This document shows positions 1-11,667 of a stretch of DNA of 36,792 bases, piece by piece. A model generated the notes under the pieces. It ran no database searches. It was not told the origin of the DNA and saw only the letters and a program-made list of their open reading frames with translations. A program made the position numbers and the translations under genes. Numbering within the stretch: the stretch's first letter is position 1; each line of letters opens with the position of its first letter. The stretch spans positions 4,497,948 to 4,534,739 of the forward strand of contig NC_068981.1 in NCBI RefSeq assembly GCF_001194135.2, given 5' to 3'. This stretch comes from Octopus bimaculoides. Taxonomy: Eukaryota.

Positions 1-1351
1 CATGTCACCAGCAAAAGAGCCAGTTCAGGGGCACTGGCAACGATCTCGCTCGAAAAATTTCATGTGTCACCCGCACGTGATCCAGTCCAGGGGCACTGGC
101 AACGATTTCGCTCGAAAATCCTACGACGGCCCCGCACAAGAGCCAGTTCAGGGGCACTGGAAACGATCTCGCTCGAAAAATTTCATGTGTCACCAGCACA
201 AGAGCCAGTTCAGGGGCACAAGCAATGATTTCGCTCGAAAAATTTGATGTGTCACCCGCACAAGAGCCAGTCCCGGGGTACTGGCAACGATTTCGCTCGA
301 AAAATTTCATGTGTCACCCGCACAAGAGCCAGTTCAGGGGCANNNNNNNNNNNNNNNNNNNNNNNNNNNNNNNNNNNNNNNNNNNNNNNNNNNNNNNNNN
401 NNNNNNNNNNNNNNNNNNNNNNNNNNNNNNNNNNNNNNNNNNAGGGGCACTGGCAACGATCTCGCTGGAAAATCCTACGGCGGCCACAAACAAGAGCCCG
501 TTCAAGGGCACTGGCAACGATCTCGCTCGAAAATCCTCCGACAGCCCCGCACAAGAGCCAGTTCAGGGGCACTGGCAACGATCTCGCTCGGAAAATTTCA
601 TGTGTCACCAGCACAAGTGCCAGTTCAGGGGCACAAGCAACGATCTCGCTCGATAACTTACATGTGTCACCCGCACATGAGCCAGTCCAGGGGCACTGGA
701 AACGACCTCGGTCGATAAATTTCATGTGTCACCCGCACAAGAGCCAGTCCAGGGGCACTGGCAACGACCTCGCTCGAAAAATCTCATGTGTCACCCGCAC
801 AAGAGCCAGTCCAGGGGCACTGGCAACGACCTCGCTCGAAAAATTTCATGTGTCACCCGCACAAGAGCCAGTCCAGGGGCACTGGCAACGGTCTCGCTCG
901 AAAATCCTACGATNNNNNNNNNNNNNNNNNNNNNNNNNNNNNNNNNNNNNNNNNNNNNNNNNNNNNNNNNNNNNNNNNNNNNNNNNNNNNNNNNNNNNNN
1001 NNNNNNNNNNNNNNNNNNNNNNNNNNNNNNNNNNNNNNNNNNNNNNNNNNNNNNNNNNNNNNNNNNNNNNNNNNNNNNNNNNNNNNNNNNNNNNNNNNNN
1101 NNNNNNNNNNNNNNNNNNNNNNNNNNNNNNNNNNNNNNNNNNNNNNNNNNNNNNNNNNNNNNNNNNNNNNNNNNNNNNNNNNNNNNNNNNNNNNNNNNNN
1201 NNNNNNNNNNNNNNTAAATTTCATGTGTCACCCGCACAAGAGCCAGTCCAGGGGCACTGGCAACGACCTCGCTCGAAAAATTTCATGTGTCACCCGCACA
1301 AGAGCCAGTCCAGGGGCACTGGCAACGGTCTCGCTCGAAAATCCTACGATC
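1..1351. repeat. 62-bp tandem satellite, interrupted by two N gaps
   Basis: Unit CATGTGTCACCCGCACAAGAGCCAGTCCAGGGGCACTGGCAACGACCTCGCTCGAAAAATTT starts at 723, 785 and 847 (period 62). A variant unit beginning CCTACGACGGCCCGCAC is interspersed. Confidence 0.97.
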
Positions 1352-1419
1352 TCGCCCATACATATACACCTATTTATTTGATGAGTTTACTTTGCCTTTC
1401 TGTATCTTTCATTTGTCCA

Positions 1420-2122
1420 TTCTCTTTGTCTCTCTCTCCCTTTCTCTCTCTCCCTCTCTCTTTCTCTCTCTATCTGCACTCTTTCAAAGACACTTTCCTT
1501 CCATACATACACACACACAGGCTTGTCTTCTTACACACACGCACTCACACACACTCTCATAAGTTTTGTCCTTTGTACATAGACACACACACACTCACAC
1601 ACTCTCTCGTCCTCTTTACATACACCCAACCACACACACATATTCTCTCATACACAAAAGCATATACTCTCATACAGGCATCCACGCAGTCTACTTGACA
1701 CACAGTTTCCCCTCTACTTCATCCTCACATTCTCAGCTTTAATCTCGTTTTTATCACAAAAACATGCTTCCATTTTTTTTTACTACACACATACACTGAC
1801 ACACGCACGCCCAGTAACTCTCTTTCTCTATCTCTGATACAATCTATATTGCAGAAACAGGCTTAATTTTTCACACTCCTACACAGAAACGCTCTCTCTT
1901 TCTTCTACCTACCTCTCTCTTTCTCTTTCTCTCTCTCTTCTCTTACTTTCTGTCTTCTGCCTCTCTTTCTCTTCTCTCTCTGTCTTCTGCCTACCTCTCT
2001 CTTTCTCCTCTCTCACTCTCTGTCTTCTTCCTGCCACTACCTGTTTTTCTTCCTCTCTTTCTACCCACCTCTATCTTTACTTGTCAGTCTTTCTCACAGC
2101 CACATTGTCTGTCTGTTTCTCT

Positions 2123-2170
<48 letters not shown>

Positions 2171-2252
2171 CACACTCTACCAGTCACACATTTTCTGCCT
2201 GTCTATCTCTGCTTATGACACACTACTTCTCACTTCCTCACTCACGCACACT
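1420..2252. repeat. Degenerate (CT)n/(CA)n low-complexity tract
   Basis: Pyrimidine-rich CT and CA runs, with a pure (CT)n run at about 2127-2167. Confidence 0.9.
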
Positions 2253-3197
2253 NNNNNNNNNNNNNNNNNNNNNNNNNNNNNNNNNNNNNNNNNNNNNNNN
2301 NNNNNNNNNNNNNNNNNNNNNNNNNNNNNNNNNNNNNNNNNNNNNNNNNNNNNNNNNNNNNNNNNNNNNNNNNNNNNNNNNNNNNNNNNNNNNNNNNNNN
2401 NNNNNNNNNNNNNNNNNNNNNNNNNNNNNNNNNNNNNNNNNNNNNNNNNNNNNNNNNNNNNNNNNNNNNNNNNNNNNNNNNNNNNNNNNNNNNNNNNNNN
2501 NNNNNNNNNNNNNNNNNNNNNNNNNNNNNNNNNNNNNNNNNNNNNNNNNNNNNNNNNNNNNNNNNNNNNNNNNNNNNNNNNNNNNNNNNNNNNNNNNNNN
2601 NNNNNNNNNNNNNNNNNNNNNNNNNNNNNNNNNNNNNNNNNNNNNNNNNNNNNNNNNNNNNNNNNNNNNNNNNNNNNNNNNNNNNNNNNNNNNNNNNNNN
2701 NNNNNNNNNNNNNNNNNNNNNNNNNNNNNNNNNNNNNNNNNNNNNNNNNNNNNNNNNNNNNNNNNNNNNNNNNNNNNNNNNNNNNNNNNNNNAGATCAAA
2801 AGATACTTATTGTTTTACACACGAGCAGATGCAGACACACACGCACACACACACACACACAAAACCTCCCTATCAGTCTACCATCTGTCAGTCTGACTGT
2901 CTGTCAGCCTGTCTATCACTCTCATATCTCCCACCCCCTCCCCCTCCCACCACCACCACCATTATACCCCAGTCTATCAGTGTGACTGGTTTTATATCTC
3001 TGTGCTGCCCCTTCTATTGTCCCTCTGTCTCTATCACAAACACACAACCATATGCTACCCTCTCCAGTCTTTCATGATCTGTCACACCACATCCCACCAC
3101 CTCTCCTCCCCACATTCATATATTCTTCATCTTGTTTTATAATACACACACACACACACACACTCCTGTATATATGATGGAAGGGTTTTAGATCACT

Positions 3198-3425
3198 TTA
3201 ACCCTTTGGTTACCATATTTCTGTTGTAAAACACTGCCATGTTTCAATTAATTTTGAAAATAAGAAATAATTTATTAAAATAACTTCTTCACAATTAAGC
3301 TGGTATTTGGAACTTAAAGTAACATGAAGTTTTGATGGAAGGTTTTGATTTAGGTTACATAAACAGGAAATTTGTATCACAGAACCAAGGGTGATCCCAG
3401 GCAGGTTGGTATCAAAAAGGGTCAA
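3198..3425. mobile_element. piggyBac-like MITE, about 220 bp
   Basis: TTAA|CCCTTT at 3198-3207 and AAAGGG|TCAA at 3416-3425. A homologous copy ends in AAAAGGTTAA at 30878. Confidence 0.6.
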
Positions 3426-4550
3426 AAAATGGATAAGAAACGAAATTGACTGAAAAAAGTGAAGTGAAGAAAGTAATTCAACAACGCAGGTTGATGAACC
3501 GTAAGACGTGTGGCCAGAACCTCCTGGAAAATAACCATAGCGAGGGACATTCCACAGTTGAATTAGAACAGTCACAAACAGTGAAAGAAGACATGCACCC
3601 AACACCAGAGCTGAAGACACCTCTGAAAGGGGGTGGCCCCGCCACGTCAAAACGGTAGAGGAGTAGGGGCCGAAACCGGACGTGGTTCCTCTTGATGATG
3701 TCTTGAGCTAACTGGATCCTATAAAGGAGCTGTTGTGGTAGCAGACCACGAAACATGGTTGAAATTCCTTGAGTGAAAAGGAATTGGTGTTAATAGAGTA
3801 TTGATCTGGTCTGAAGGATATTGATGGAATGGATGGGCAGAATAGCTGGAAGTGACAAGAAATCTTCAGATAAAGTGTTTATGTCTGTCTATACAGAGTG
3901 TTGGCTAAAAACTTGACATGGCATGCTTGAGAAAACCTGGCAAGCCAAACGTGGCACTGGCATCGACCATGCACGAATGCTGCTTTTTATGTGCCACTGG
4001 CATGAGAGCTGTAGACCCAGCATACTTGAGGAAACCTGTTGAGTCAAGTGAAATTATTGAAATTATTGCAAACCTATATGCATAATAATAATATCAACAA
4101 TTTGTTAAATTTTTGAAACAACTGTCAAGGTGTATTTTCATTCTCTGATATATATATATATATATCAGGGTAGTAAAAAATTTCTGGAAGAAAATCGGCA
4201 TTTTTTGTATCTTCTGCTGATAAAATAACCGCACATGCCTGGTAGATTTGAAAAGTTATAACATATAAGCACAAGGCATGTTCTATGTATTGCCTCATGT
4301 TTACATGTTAACCTTGGCTTTCCTGCTGACGATAGCTGGCCTAGCAAATTATTTTATTTTGCTGAAAATAGCTTGAAACCATGGTTCAGGAAATAGATGG
4401 TAAATGTTTTTATTTTTCATTCCCTTTTGAAATTATCCCTAATTGTGGTTTGAAGTTTGACTGCTCCTTCTAGCGGGTTAGATGTCCTATTATGGACATC
4501 TCTCTTATGTGTTTAAATGTACACTGTATTTATATATATATATATATATA

Positions 4551-4821
4551 TCGAATGTCTTTTCACGTGTCACTGGCACAAGTGCCAGGAAGGTGGTCGT
4601 GCCAGTGGCACGTGAAAAGACATTCGAGCGAGATNNNNNNNNNNNNNNNNNNNNNNNNNNNNNNNNNNNNNNNNNNNNNNNNNNNNNNNNNNNNNNNNNN
4701 NNNNNNNNNNNNNNNNNNNNNNNNNNNNNNNNNNNNNNNNNNNNNNNNNNNNNNNNNNNNNNNNNNNNNNNNNNNNNNNNNNNNNNNNNNNNNNNNNNNN
4801 NNNNNNNNAACGATGATGATG

Positions 4822-4822
<1 letters not shown>
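4551..4822 (+). mobile_element. RTE 3' UTR-family copy beginning with a 29-bp foldback, N gap inside
   Basis: 4551-4579 is the reverse complement of 4599-4627 with 1 mismatch. The family tail AACGATGATGATGA follows the gap. Confidence 0.6.
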
Positions 4823-4854
<32 letters not shown>

Positions 4855-4990
4855 TAACATTTCATTTAAATGAATTCTTGCCATCCATCATTATATCCCA
4901 TTATTTCCTCTTTATACACAAATATAAATAGTGAAAATGGGGATAAAAATTTATTTTAATTTTCCCCTAGATATTCTCTGTATGCCATAA

Positions 4991-5181
4991 CTAGTAACAC
5001 TGCTACGTACAGTGGTAGACCAACCACTGTACTTGAAGCTGATCGGATGATGGTAATCTACATAGAGCTCTAACTCATACAATAGCGGCCATGCATCTAT
5101 CTGTACACACAAAACAGTGAGACAGACAGACAGAAAGACAGACACACACACACACGCGCACACACACACATATATAGTAGC
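4991..5181 (-). mobile_element. Probable non-autonomous Helitron
   Basis: On the minus strand: perfect 10-bp hairpin GTACAGTGGT/ACCACTGTAC (5007-5032), 12 nt, then CTAG|T. The 5' part reads CTACTATATA followed by (GT)n and (CTGT)n. Confidence 0.5.
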
Positions 5182-6316
5182 ATGTTTGCATATATTATTA
5201 CATGCACAATAATTCTACAAAGTAGAACTCAATACATTAGACTGAGTATAGTCTATAAATAAGAACTCAATACATTAGCCTGAGTAAATATAAAATATAT
5301 TAGGTTTACAATTCCACCCTGTAGCATTCTATTTCACAGAGTTTCATGTCCCTGTCCATGGACAATTCTCACATGTGTGTACATGGGTGGTTTTGTGTGT
5401 GTGTGTGTGTGAGATAGAGAGAGAAAACAACAGAGAAAGAAAGGGAGAGAGAAAGAAAGACAGACAGACAGAAAGAGAGGGAGAGAGAAAATGTGTTTCC
5501 TTTTCTTTTCTTTTTTCCCTTTCAAATGTCTTCACCAAACTCTGGACCGAGTCTCTAATAAAGAGAAAAATCTCTCTTGTTGAAATTCACACAATAAATC
5601 AGAAGCACTTCAGAAATAAAATTTCATATTTTCACCAGTTTATTATTGGAGGACATGATTTGCTGTAGTTTTTGTTTGTTTATTTCTTGAGAACTTCCAT
5701 GTTAAGTTTACCTCTGAAGCACTCAGTAACACAATCACTGCTATCAAACGGCACCAGAGATTATAATAAACCAGAACCTATAATCAGAATATAATGCTGC
5801 AGGTTCTACATCAACTATCTGTAAATGTCCTCATTTTTCACTGACCTTTGACGTAAAATTCCCATTAACTGGCCAACTTATTTCCATAACAATAGAATTT
5901 TTTCCTTTCTTTAAGCCAAAGATAATATCCATTCTTTTATGTCTGCAATTTGACAGAAATTTTTATCGGAACATTCTATTATTTTCCAGGTTTAAAACAC
6001 AATGTTGGAAATGTAGTTTTGACATAATTTTTCTCCACTATTCTACAAGTCTGAATCTAGTTTTATCAAACAAATAGCCACATAATAGCAACTACTAGAG
6101 ATAAGAAGGTAAAGCCCTTCCATAAAATAGTATGCTGTTTGGCTTCTATTCCTGAATGTAGCTTCTCCCCTTGTATCACTAATACTCTTACACCCATCAG
6201 CCCCCCCCCCCCGGGAATGTTATAACCCCTATCAACACCCTTCCCCCACACCTTTAGTCTTTATGGCTATGTGGAAAAACAGCTACTGGAAATTTTCTTT
6301 GCCATTATATTCTGGT

Positions 6317-6533
6317 GGTAAGGCTGGCAGAACCGGTAGCACACTGGCCGAAATGCTTAGCGGTATTTCGTTCCTCTTTACGTTCTGAGTTCAAATTCTG
6401 CCTAGGTCGACTTTGCCTTTCATCCTTTTGGGAGCAATAAATTAGGTACCAGTGAAACAAACACTGGAGTTGATGTAATTGACTAGTCCTTGTCTCCCAA
6501 ATTTCAGGCCTTGTGCCTTTGGTAGAAAGGATT
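6317..6533 (+). mobile_element. tRNA-derived SINE with Nin-domain-like core
   Basis: B-box-like GAGTTCAAATT; core GTCGACTTTGCCTTTCATCCTT..AATAAATTAGGTACCAGT; flanking near-duplication ATATTCTGGT/ATGTTCTGGT (probable TSD). Confidence 0.75.
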
Positions 6534-6549
6534 ATGTTCTGGTAGTGCA

Positions 6550-6960
6550 AGCTGATTGGTCCCATGCTGGTGGCGCGTAAAAAGCACCTTTTGTGTGTGG
6601 TCGTTGCCAGCACCACCTACCTGACTGGCCCTCGTGCCAGTGGCACATTAAAAGCATCATTCGAGCATGGTCGTTGCCAGTACCACCTGACTGGCTCCCA
6701 TGCCAATGGCATGTAAAAAGCACCATTCAAGCGTGGCTGATGCCAGTACCGCCTGACAGGCCTTCATACTGGTGGCACGTAAAATGCATCGCCTACACTC
6801 TCGGAGTGGTTGGCGTTAGGAAGGGCATCCAGCTGTAGAAACTCTGCCAGATCCGATTGGAGCCTGGTACAGCCTTCTGGCTTGCCAGCCCTCAGTCATA
6901 CTGTCCAACCCATGCCAGCATGGAAAGCAGATGTTAAACGATGATGATGATGATGGTGGT
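6550..6960 (+). mobile_element. RTE-LINE 3' UTR fragment (61-bp units, core, (GAT)n tail)
   Basis: Three to four units, then GGAGTGGTTGGCGTTAGGAAGGGCATCCAGCTGTAGAAA ... GTTAAACGATGATGATG. Confidence 0.85.
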
Positions 6961-7599
6961 GGAATGCAGAGATCAATGCAGCCAGCTGCTATATGCGCTC
7001 CTCTTCATAGTTGTTGAAGAGTACTTGCAGTGTGACAGTCACCGAGGACTTAGTTGTTTCCTCCACAGCCAAACTGTCATCAGATGGACACAAGCACGAG
7101 CTGGGAACCAAGCACAACCATAAACATGACCATGCCCAAGAACATGACCACAACCAATTCAAGCATGGAGTTGACTGAAGGAAGTAATATTTGTATTTTA
7201 TCAATCGATTTAAAGATGGTCAAGAGCAGTACAGAGAATACACAATGGTTGATACTTATAGTTTCAACACCTGTTCTGCTTCTGTCAACCCTGAACGAAC
7301 AAGAGAAAATATGAATGGACTAAAAAACAAAACTTTGTGGTTGGTCAATTAAATCTACCTACTCCCATGTCTCAAAAATAAGATACGTTGATTAATATGA
7401 ACAGGGTAGATTAATCCTGGATAACGGCTGGAACGGTTAAGGTTTGAATGGTTGTTGCTGTAGGGAAGAGTAGGCCAATGTATTGAGTTATCTCCCCTCA
7501 CAGTCGAGCTCAAGAGAGTGGATTCTTTTAAATGAAGTTTCATGCAGTGGTTAGCCATTTAGTCTTCTTAAGCACAATGAGAGGTTGTAGGTTGCATGT

Positions 7600-7905
7600 A
7601 GTTCCACTTCCTGATATTCAAATGCCTCTTTCTTTCAACCGGTTCATCAAATGTGACATCCACATCACCCTTCTCCTTCTTCTCCTCCTCCTTTTCCCTT
7701 CAATCTTTCCAGTCATCCCTAAATGCTCCAGGCCCTCTTCCTTCGTCACATGACCAAGAAACCTCAGTCGCTTGGCCCTTTACCTCGCAAAGCAGTCTCC
7801 TACTTACTGCAGCTCGGGTCGTCACTTCTTCATTAGACACTTTACCTGTCCATGCTATCTTCAATATTCTCCTTAAGAACCATATTTCACAGCTCTCCAA
7901 GCACT
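7600..7905 (-). pseudogene. RTE (BovB-like) ORF C-terminal remnant
   Basis: EIWFLRRILKIAWTGKVSNEEV, then after a frameshift RLRFLGHVTKEEGLEHLGMTGKIEGKR, matching the RTE C-terminal motifs W..K.SNEEV and RFLGHV..G..GKIEGKR. Confidence 0.85.
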
Positions 7906-7921
7906 ATCATCATTATCATCT

Positions 7922-8032
7922 TCAGACTGGAGCCTGGTGTTGCCATCCGGTTTCACCAGTCCTCAGTCAAATCGTCCAACCCATGCTAGCATGGAAAGCG
8001 GACGTTAAACGATGATGATGATGATGATGATG
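7922..8032 (+). mobile_element. Short RTE-family tail copy
   Basis: CTCAGTCAAATCGTCCAACCCATGCTAGCATGGAAAGCGGACGTTAAAC(GAT)n. Confidence 0.85.
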
Positions 8033-8590
8033 GTAATATTCTAGCAAATCACAGTATTAGATATAGTGATGTGATTGCTAAACATTCCTGCTGTCTGACT
8101 CCCCTACCGGTAAAAATGCTCGTTCATGGTGAATTGAACAAAATTATGAGAGTAGTGCAGGAATTGCAGATGTGAAGTGTACAAAGAGAGCTTGCATTAG
8201 GAAAGGGTGAATATAAGACTAAGAACCTTGGTTGAATTTCATAAATGGCAAGCAGCTAGTCCAGATGAAATGAGCTGTAGTACTTTCAGAAGATGGTTTT
8301 CGTGTGCAGTGCAATGCTTTCTTATGCATGAAGTATTGTACAAGTTTGTGTTTCAAAAGTCTGCAAAACCAGGATTGTATAATAAGAAATATAAAAATGA
8401 ACATTATGCAAGGGAAATCAGACTTGTGTTTAAATGTTGGGCCAGTGTATAATTGTAAAAATACTAGGAAAGAAGATCTGATGAGGTTACATGTGAATAC
8501 ATGAACCAGATGAGTGCAGCTAAATGTATAATTGAGAGAGTGGTTCATGTGCATGTACACCAGTGAGTTAATGTTATGTCTACCAGTGGG

Positions 8591-9180
8591 TCATCATCAT
8601 CATCATCATCACCTTCATAGTTTAACGTCCGCTTTCCATGCTGGCAATCTGATCTGGCAGAGTTTCTACAGCTGGATGCCCTTCCTAATGCCAACTACTC
8701 CGAGAATGTTGTGGGTACTTTTATGTGTCACCGGCACGAGGGCCAGTCAGGCGGTTCTGGCAACGACCATGCTCAAAAGGTGTTTTTTACATGCTACCTG
8801 AATGGGAGCCAGTCCAGCAGAACTGGCAATGACCATGCTCGAATGTTGTTTCCCACGTACCATGGGCACATGTGCTAGTAAGGCAACGCTGGCAATGATC
8901 ACGCTTGAATGATGCCTTTTACATGCCACTGGCACAGGAACCAATCCATAGCCCTGACAATGATTTTAACGTTCCACTGGCACAAGTGCCAATCAGGCGG
9001 TATTGTCATTGGCCACATCAGCGATTTTGATTTGATTTCGCAAGCAAAGTTTATTGTCCAATGAATGAGGAGTACTCATAAGTGGGGTGATTACACTCCA
9101 TGCTTGGATGTGCTCTTAATGTTCCACTGGTTTGAGTGCCAATCAGGCGGTACTGTCATCGGCCACATTAGCAATTTTAT
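8591..9180 (-). mobile_element. RTE-LINE 3' UTR fragment
   Basis: (CAT)n, TTTAACGTCCGCTTTCCATGC, core GGATGCCCTTCCTAATGCC, then about six 61-bp units. Confidence 0.85.
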
Positions 9181-9499
9181 TCATGTGCCCTTGAATATGC
9201 ATGCATTTGCATTGATTATTGATAATCAGTGGGTCAGTATAGTGAACCAATTCAGTTATTTCCAAGCTTCTGAACAAAAGCAGCCAAAGTAGGGTTGCAT
9301 CTTCTATCCATAGTAATTTGATGTATACTGCTAGCAATGAGAATGTGTTTGCTAATTGTCTATGAGCATGCTGTGCAGGTGCTGGGTGTTTGTGTGCATT
9401 TTAGATGTGAATGTGTGCATGCTGAAGTGTATGTAATGTAAAAATGCATTCAGATGTATGCGTGAATGAGCAGAAAGAAGGAGAAAGCAATAGGAAAAA

Positions 9500-9940
9500 A
9501 GTAATAATCTTGATGAAGAAAACAGTCTTTTTTCAAACTGCACTGAGAAAACACATGTTGACTTATCTCATTCTTGTCACTGGAGCAGATGGTGGCATCT
9601 GTGGAAGAATGTACTGATATTATTTGTGTAAATGTTGAGGTTGGTGTTGCAGGCGGCGGACTGGCATCCCAGCGGTGTTGCTGAAAACGTTTGATGTAAT
9701 GATAAGAAGCATGTTTGGGACCTGATAACCAGTGCTTCACTGACAGAGATGATGGTGGCACAGCAAGGCTACAATGGCAGGGAAAAGTTGCCTGGAGAGA
9801 GAATTTTCTCAGAGATATATCAACATTGTTCATGTGAACTTATAAGGTGTTGGTAAGGTGTGTAGTGGCAGTGCTTTTCACCTTGCAAAGCTGCACAATG
9901 TCCTTAGACAAGGTCATCAGCGAGTTCTAGACTGCATCAT
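9500..9940 (-). pseudogene. Highly decayed RTE reverse transcriptase fragment
   Basis: LELADD (resembling the L(F/Y)ADD motif), DATI..DKNEISQH, then FEKRLF, in the expected order with several frameshifts. Confidence 0.45.
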
Positions 9941-10554
9941 ATTCTTCCTTCGGAGTTACTACTTGTTACAAAGATGAGGTTGTGGAATGTTCTTCATACA
10001 CTCGGGTCACCACTTGTTTCACAGAAAAACATTGATATCTGTTGAGACTTTTGATAAACAAAATATTTATTCTTTTCGTAAACAAAGAAAAATGTGGTCA
10101 TTGCTATGAATGACAAAACATCAACAGAGTTTGGAGATAATTGTTCTTGGATTTGTGTGAATGTAGCAGTAGTTAAAATGTGGTTAGCTGCTGGCCATGC
10201 TACCATCTTCTAATGTCTCTTGCTTTAACTGCTGTCCACGGTCTCTTGGCTGTCTGTCTGCCATCTCATCTCATCTTACCATTTGTCTAAATACCTAAGG
10301 TGCACCGAATATATATTGATGGTTAGGCTCAGAAAGAAGCAAACTAAAAGATGAAATTTCCATTGGAGCCTGTTCTATGCAAATTCTTGATTGATCAGAT
10401 CTTTCTGATGACATGGGTAATATTCTAGCGAATCGTGACGTAGGATACAGTGCTCTGACTGGTAAATATTCCCACTATTGACCCCGGTATTCATCTGGTA
10501 CTTCTTTTATTGACCTTGGAAGGATGAAAGACAAAGATGACCTCAGCAGAATAA

Positions 10555-10799
10555 TAGTAATAATAAGCTTATTGTATACAGGGCTCAGATGCGCTGCAAC
10601 TTGTCAGGAAAGGTTAAAAGAGGGGACAGAAAGCAGACATATAAGTAAAGCAAGCAATAAAAGCTAGAAGTACATACACTGTACTCGGAATAAAATACAA
10701 AAAGATAGAAAAGTGAACATTAAAAGAGTCATAAAGATGGAAGGATGGATAGGCACATCAGGAGTAATGTTGGTGAATTTTGGGAAGCATGGAAGGAAG
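10555..10799 (-). mobile_element. Unclassified LINE-like 3' end with (ATT)n tail
   Basis: Homologous copies at about 13760-13960 and 15775-16030. Minus strand ends GCGCATCTGAGCCCTGTATACAATAAGCTTATTATT. Confidence 0.5.
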
Positions 10800-11431
10800 A
10801 CATAGGATGAGGTGGTGAAGCATGGCCTTCAAACATTGGGCCTCACAGAGGCAATGACAGGAGACTGAGACCTTTGGAGATATGCTGTGATTGAGAAGAC
10901 TCAGCAACTAAAGTGAGATCGCAGCCATGCATATCCAGCCTAGTAAAGAACACCCCTGAGGCATCGGATGATATGATATGCTTGAGAAGGCCTCTTGAGT
11001 CAAGTAAAACCAATATCACAGCTATGGCCAGTGTCCCCTGATCAGTTCCAGTGCCAGTGGCATGTAAAAAGCTCTATCCAAACGTGGTTAATGCCAGGTC
11101 TGCCTGACTGGCACCAGTGATGGTAGCACGTAAAAAGCACCATCCGAACGTGGCCGATGCCAGTACTCCCTGACTGGCTCCTGTGCCAGTGGCATGTAAA
11201 AAGCACCATACGAACATGATCAACGCCAGAACCACTTGATTGGCCCCTGTGCTGGTGGTACATAAAAAGCACCCCACTACATTCTCAGAGTGGTTGGCAT
11301 TAGGAAGGGCATCCAGTTGTAGAAATATTGCCAGATGAGATTGGAGCCTGGTGCAGCTGCTGGCTCTCCAGACCTCAGTCAAACTGTCTAACCCATACCA
11401 GCGTGGAAAATGGACGCTAAACGATGATGAT
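10800..11431 (+). mobile_element. 5'-truncated RTE LINE: ORF C-terminus plus complete 3' UTR
   Basis: 10800-10916 reads T*DEVVKHGLQTLGLTEAMTGD*DLWRYAVIEKTQQLK* (RTE motif TW.EVV..DL..LGL..AM..DR..WR), followed directly by 61-bp units, core and GAT tail. Confidence 0.85.
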
Positions 11432-11667
11432 ATGGAATTTTTTAAAAATGCGGTGTCCAGACAGATTAAGAACTGGTGTGAGTAGTTTATTCCAGGGTTT
11501 AACAATTCAGATCATGAAAAAAATGTTTCTGGAAGTCAAAGGTGCTGCCTTGTTTTTATTTTATTTTATTAACATGCATTTGCGAGTGAAACTAAATTAA
11601 AAAAGGTGACCAAAATTTTTGATGGAAAGATAGTGGGTATTTTGTGGGCTTCTACTAAGTCAGTACT

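Noticed and set aside
1-1351. Long ORFs with repeated peptides (MSPAQEPVQGHWQR..) and a CRISPR-like look
   Set aside because: The 62-bp unit simply lacks plus-strand stop codons and cycles through frames, and several ORFs run through Ns. Units are contiguous with no unique spacers, there are no cas genes, and the context is eukaryotic.
785-1351. Identical array endings on both sides of the N gap (785-913 and 1221-1351)
   Set aside because: Probably the same sequence assembled twice across a scaffold gap, so not counted as higher-order structure.
3446-3860. GC-richer, coding-looking stretch with overlapping ORFs
   Set aside because: No recognisable motif in any frame, and stops in all extended frames. 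Probably an old TE fragment, unassigned.
5224-5286. 25-bp direct repeat AGAACTCAATACATTAG(A/C)CTGAGTA with a 13-nt spacer
   Set aside because: Only two copies; consistent with a simple local duplication.
5712-5777. Possible 66-nt minus-strand exon (AG..GTAAAC; VLVYYNLWCRLIAVIVLLSASE)
   Set aside because: Weak pyrimidine tract and no recognisable peptide; such matches are expected by chance in 37 kb.
6804-6845. Conserved core GGAGTGGTTGGCGTTAGGAAGGGCATCCAGCTGTAGAAA as a possible ribozyme
   Set aside because: I could not fit a hammerhead or HDV-like fold by eye. A covariance-model search would be needed.
9890-9925. CTGATGA followed by a CCTT/AAGG stem on the minus strand
   Set aside because: No GAAA after the stem, and it lies within the decayed RT ADD codons.
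10060-10206. LSPNSVDVLSFI resembling a hAT dimerisation-domain end
   Set aside because: The upstream PATS..SER.FS motif is not recoverable; too weak to call.
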